A stretch of DNA of 64,000 nt. It comes from Leptonemataceae bacterium. Lineage in GTDB: Bacteria > Spirochaetota > Leptospiria > Leptospirales > Leptonemataceae. The notes under the pieces were generated by a model that worked only from the letters and a program-made list of their open reading frames with translations, was not told where the DNA came from and did not search any database. Of this stretch, positions 60,950 through 64,000 are shown one piece after another. Each line of letters begins with the position of its first letter. Within the stretch, counting starts at the first letter, position 1. The position numbers and the translations under genes were made by a program. The stretch lies in the NCBI GenBank assembly GCA_965227295.1, contig OZ245742.1, positions 4,704,001 through 4,768,000 on the forward strand. Reading direction: 5' to 3'.

Positions 60950-62944
60950 TTATTCTTTGTAAATCGTTTCCGGAGAAATGAACTCGATGTCCTCGGGACG
61001 CAGATTATCGAGGGTGTCCGCCGCAATCTGGAACCGGCTTTCGATCACCTGTCCGCCCGGGGTGTCCGTGAGGATCCAGGTAAACGTCCCGATGTCCAGG
61101 ACACTGAAGTCCGTAAGGGTATACTCGGTCCCGCGGACGGTTTTCTCCAGTACCAGCTTGCGGGCTCCCTGCCCGCCCCGGTAGAGACGCAGTGTATAAC
61201 TCCGGGCGCCGCGCGACGGCTTCCAGTGAAAACGAATCGACTTCACCTTCGTCACGTCCACGGTACTGTTCACCGGCGCCACGGCGGCAAAGGTATTCGG
61301 CCGCTCGCGTTCTTCCCGTTCGGCGCGTTCGCGTTCGGCCCGTTCGCGCTCCGCTCGCTCGCGCTGCGCCTGTTGCTCTTTTGCGGCGGTATCGGCCGCG
61401 GCAAGTTCCTCGTCTTTGCCGGCAATCAGGCTTTCGTCTTGCGAAGTAACCGCGAAACGCTGCACCGGCGAATACGGCGTTGCCTTGCCGTCAGCGGCGT
61501 AGCCTTTGACCCGCCAGTAGAACGTACCGGTCTTCGGGGCCTTGTAGTTGAGATAATTGCGATCGGCGCGCTGCGTGGTAACGCTCGTGGTAAAGCTGGA
61601 GTCCTGGCTGACCTCGACCTCGTAGCGCGAAATTTCCCGCGACGCCCGCCAGGAGAGCAATACGGTGTCGCCGGCGCTCGCCACGGGCACGGTCTGTCCA
61701 CTGCGCGGGCTCTCCAGACTCGGCGCGGCGAAGCCGTCGCGCTGAACGATGCGAAACGCGCTCGCAGCGGTGGTTCGAGCGGGCACGCCGGCCATGGCGG
61801 ATTTCGTCCGCACGCGCCAGTAGTAAGTGCCGGCGGCAAGATCCTGTACGGCGAACGAGGTCGAGCCCACCGAGTATTTGCGCACGTCCCCTGTGAAGCT
61901 GGAGTTGTCGGCAATTTCCAGGTCGTAGCCGTTCGCCAGATTGTTGGCGGACCAGGAAAAACTCACGAGCGGCGGTTGAACGACGTAGCTGATTTGCGAA
62001 CCGGGGGCCGGCGCGAACAGACGCACCCGGGCGTTGGCCACCACGGAAAGTTTGCGTACCTCGCTGGTCTCGGCCTTGCCCGTGCTGCGGTTCGTCCCGC
62101 GGATGCGCCAGTAGTAGTTGCCGGAAGACACGGTGGCCACGGCCCCGCCCGGACTGGCATCCTCGCGATTCACGCCGCGGTTAAAGCTGCGATCCCGCGA
62201 AATTTCAAACGTAAGATTCGAGTACGGTTCCCGCAGTTTCCAGCGAAACGCCAGGCGTTTGCTGCCGCCGCCGTCCAGGGGTACCACCGCCTGGTTCGCG
62301 GGTTCCAGCAGTTTCATGGTAACTTCACGAACCTGCACTCCGTCCGCGCCGAGGCGGGCCTGCTGGTCCGCACCGACGGTCTGCGTACCGTCCTCGCCGC
62401 GAATTTTCGCCTCGCCGGATTGCATAATCAAGCTGAGCGGATTCCAGGAACCGTCCTCGGTCTCGCCGCCGCCTTCCAGTTTGAGGTCGGCACCGCTGAC
62501 GTTGATCGTCCGATCGCCGGTTTGAATGACGAGCGAACTCTCCCCGTTTTCGTCCTGCTCCACCTGGATGGAGCCGTTCGTGAAGTTCAGCTTCGGCGAA
62601 TCACCGGAGAGATCCAGAAAGAACATGGAGTTTTCGTCGATCTTAATGATCGTACCGTCGTTGAGGTGAATGACGGCGTCGGAGAGATCCTCGGAACGGA
62701 TGGTATCGCGATTCGTCAGCGGCGAGTTGTTCTGCATGGCCGACCACATGGCGCGATCATAGAGTTTGCGTTGCACGCGATTGTTTTTATACGTAACGAA
62801 ACCGATCACCTCACGGTCGCCGATATCGGCGGTACGCGTGTAATCCCAATAAAAGACTGCCAGGGCGATGAGCATCACCACGACCATGGCGGCGGGCCAG
62901 TGCCATTCTTTGCGGAGCGGGGTTATGGTTCCAGGTTGCGTCAT
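60950..62944 (-). CDS. FecR-domain membrane-anchored protein with ~4 Fn3/Ig-like modules, paralog of 13246-15396
   Basis: TM; QRK....W.......DTIRS....A.I.L.DGT.I.I.ENSM; G.YYWR repeats. Confidence 0.85.
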   Translation of the reverse strand: MTQPGTITPLRKEWHWPAAMVVVMLIALAVFYWDYTRTADIGDREVIGFVTYKNNRVQRKLYDRAMWSAMQNNSPLTNRDTIRSEDLSDAVIHLNDGTIIKIDENSMFFLDLSGDSPKLNFTNGSIQVEQDENGESSLVIQTGDRTINVSGADLKLEGGGETEDGSWNPLSLIMQSGEAKIRGEDGTQTVGADQQARLGADGVQVREVTMKLLEPANQAVVPLDGGGSKRLAFRWKLREPYSNLTFEISRDRSFNRGVNREDASPGGAVATVSSGNYYWRIRGTNRSTGKAETSEVRKLSVVANARVRLFAPAPGSQISYVVQPPLVSFSWSANNLANGYDLEIADNSSFTGDVRKYSVGSTSFAVQDLAAGTYYWRVRTKSAMAGVPARTTAASAFRIVQRDGFAAPSLESPRSGQTVPVASAGDTVLLSWRASREISRYEVEVSQDSSFTTSVTTQRADRNYLNYKAPKTGTFYWRVKGYAADGKATPYSPVQRFAVTSQDESLIAGKDEELAAADTAAKEQQAQRERAERERAERERAEREERERPNTFAAVAPVNSTVDVTKVKSIRFHWKPSRGARSYTLRLYRGGQGARKLVLEKTVRGTEYTLTDFSVLDIGTFTWILTDTPGGQVIESRFQIAADTLDNLRPEDIEFISPETIYKE
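61301..61382 (-). repeat. Intragenic degenerate 15-nt repeat encoding (ERAER)n charged helix
   Basis: Translation KEQQAQRERAERERAERERAEREERER. Confidence 0.75.
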
Positions 62945-62965
62945 TGTTTCGGGGCTGCCGGGTGC

Positions 62966-64000
62966 TTACTTTACGGCTTCGAATTTTTGATCTTTGAAGC
63001 CGGCTTTCTTCGCAGCTTTCGCATCGTATTGGATGCCCGCCATCTTGCGAAGTTCGTTTAAATCGGCGGGGCAGTCGGGATCGTCCTTGCGACCGAGCAC
63101 GGCGTAGACCGTAACCGGCTTCGATTTGCCCTTCACGCGCATATCGTCCATCTTTACGATCTTGTAAATACCCTTTACTTTGTTCAGAGCGAATTCGGTG
63201 ACGAGCAAGTCCACGCCGAAGTGTTTCGTCAACGCCTCGACACGGGACGCCAGGTTCACGGTGTCGCCGATGACGGTGTACTCCATCTTTTCGTCCGAAC
63301 CGATCTGCCCGGCGATTACCGGGCCGGTGTTGATGCCCGCGCCCATGTGAATCGTGGGCTTGCGCGCGCTACCGCGGCCCTTGTTGAAATCGATGAGTTG
63401 CCGGCGCATTTCCAGGGCGGCATCCAGCGCGTTCTCGGTTTCGTTGCCGTGCGGGCGCAGCGCGCCCCAGGTCGCCATGAGCGCGTCGCCGATGAACTTG
63501 TCGACCGTGCCGTGAGTATCGTTTACGCACTTCACCATGCGATGAAAGTACCCGTTCAAGAATTCGACGACCTCTTCCGGACGCAGCTTTTCCGAGATGG
63601 CCGTGAAGCCGCGGATGTCCGAGAAGAAGACGGCGACTTCTTTTTTCTCGCCGCCCAGGCTGAGTTCACCGGAGAGCGACATCTCGGCCAGTTCCTTGTT
63701 CACGAACTTACCGAACGAGACCTTAAGGTTCTCGCGTTCCTTAAGGCCGCGCGACATGGAGTTAAACGAATCCGTTAAGAGGCCGAGCTCATCGCTGGAC
63801 TCCGGCTGCATGTCTACGTCGTAGTTGCCGTCGCGGATCATGCGCGCGGCGGTCACGAGTTTGAGGATGGGGCGCGTCATGCCGCGCGCGAAAAAGAAGA
63901 CGATGACCAACGCCAGCATGACCATGGCGATGAGCAGCATGAGGTTCCAGAAACGAATGCGATAAACCGACTCAAACGCGCGATCTTCCGACACGGTCGA
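62966..64000 (-). CDS. HAMP-class III adenylate cyclase, paralog of 10564-13152 (5' truncated by window edge)
   Basis: FFSDIRGFT, DKFIGDALM, GINTG, YTVIGDTVNLASRVE, VKGK; shared tail DDP.CP.DL...R.M.GI. Confidence 0.93.
   Translation of the reverse strand, partial: STVSEDRAFESVYRIRFWNLMLLIAMVMLALVIVFFFARGMTRPILKLVTAARMIRDGNYDVDMQPESSDELGLLTDSFNSMSRGLKERENLKVSFGKFVNKELAEMSLSGELSLGGEKKEVAVFFSDIRGFTAISEKLRPEEVVEFLNGYFHRMVKCVNDTHGTVDKFIGDALMATWGALRPHGNETENALDAALEMRRQLIDFNKGRGSARKPTIHMGAGINTGPVIAGQIGSDEKMEYTVIGDTVNLASRVEALTKHFGVDLLVTEFALNKVKGIYKIVKMDDMRVKGKSKPVTVYAVLGRKDDPDCPADLNELRKMAGIQYDAKAAKKAGFKDQKFEAVK

Overview
High-GC bacterial chromosomal window. Gene content points to a Leptospiraceae-like spirochaete (inference): alginate-export porin, 7TM-DISM sensor, many PP2C/STAS proteins, FecR-Fn3 proteins, phasin-like protein and spirochaete-type lipoproteins. 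About 55 genes: housekeeping (aroB, rnc, acpP, plsX, rpmF, pheS, pheT, dksA, gyrB-like, ispF, nadA, fabG) interspersed with many signalling genes. No rRNA, tRNA, CRISPR array, transposase or prophage is recognisable. Highlights: (1) two paralogous copies of a three-gene module (HAMP/class III adenylate cyclase + FecR-domain multi-Fn3 membrane protein + exported Fn3/Ig protein), a candidate trans-envelope cAMP signalling system, with one cyclase fused to a degenerate phosphatase-like domain; (2) a ~9.4-kb island (exbB-exbD-exbD-tonB, surface lipoprotein, TonB-dependent receptor, divergent DUF5690-like transporter) with Pho-box-like direct repeats ahead of each unit, suggesting phosphorus scavenging; (3) a dispersed REP/MITE-like inverted-repeat family (ACTCCGAGGACCGAG) at 5 intergenic sites; (4) a perfect CsoR-type operator over a leaderless promoter inside a partner-switching cluster, plus several other leaderless-type promoters. 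All family names come from motif recognition by eye, not database searches.
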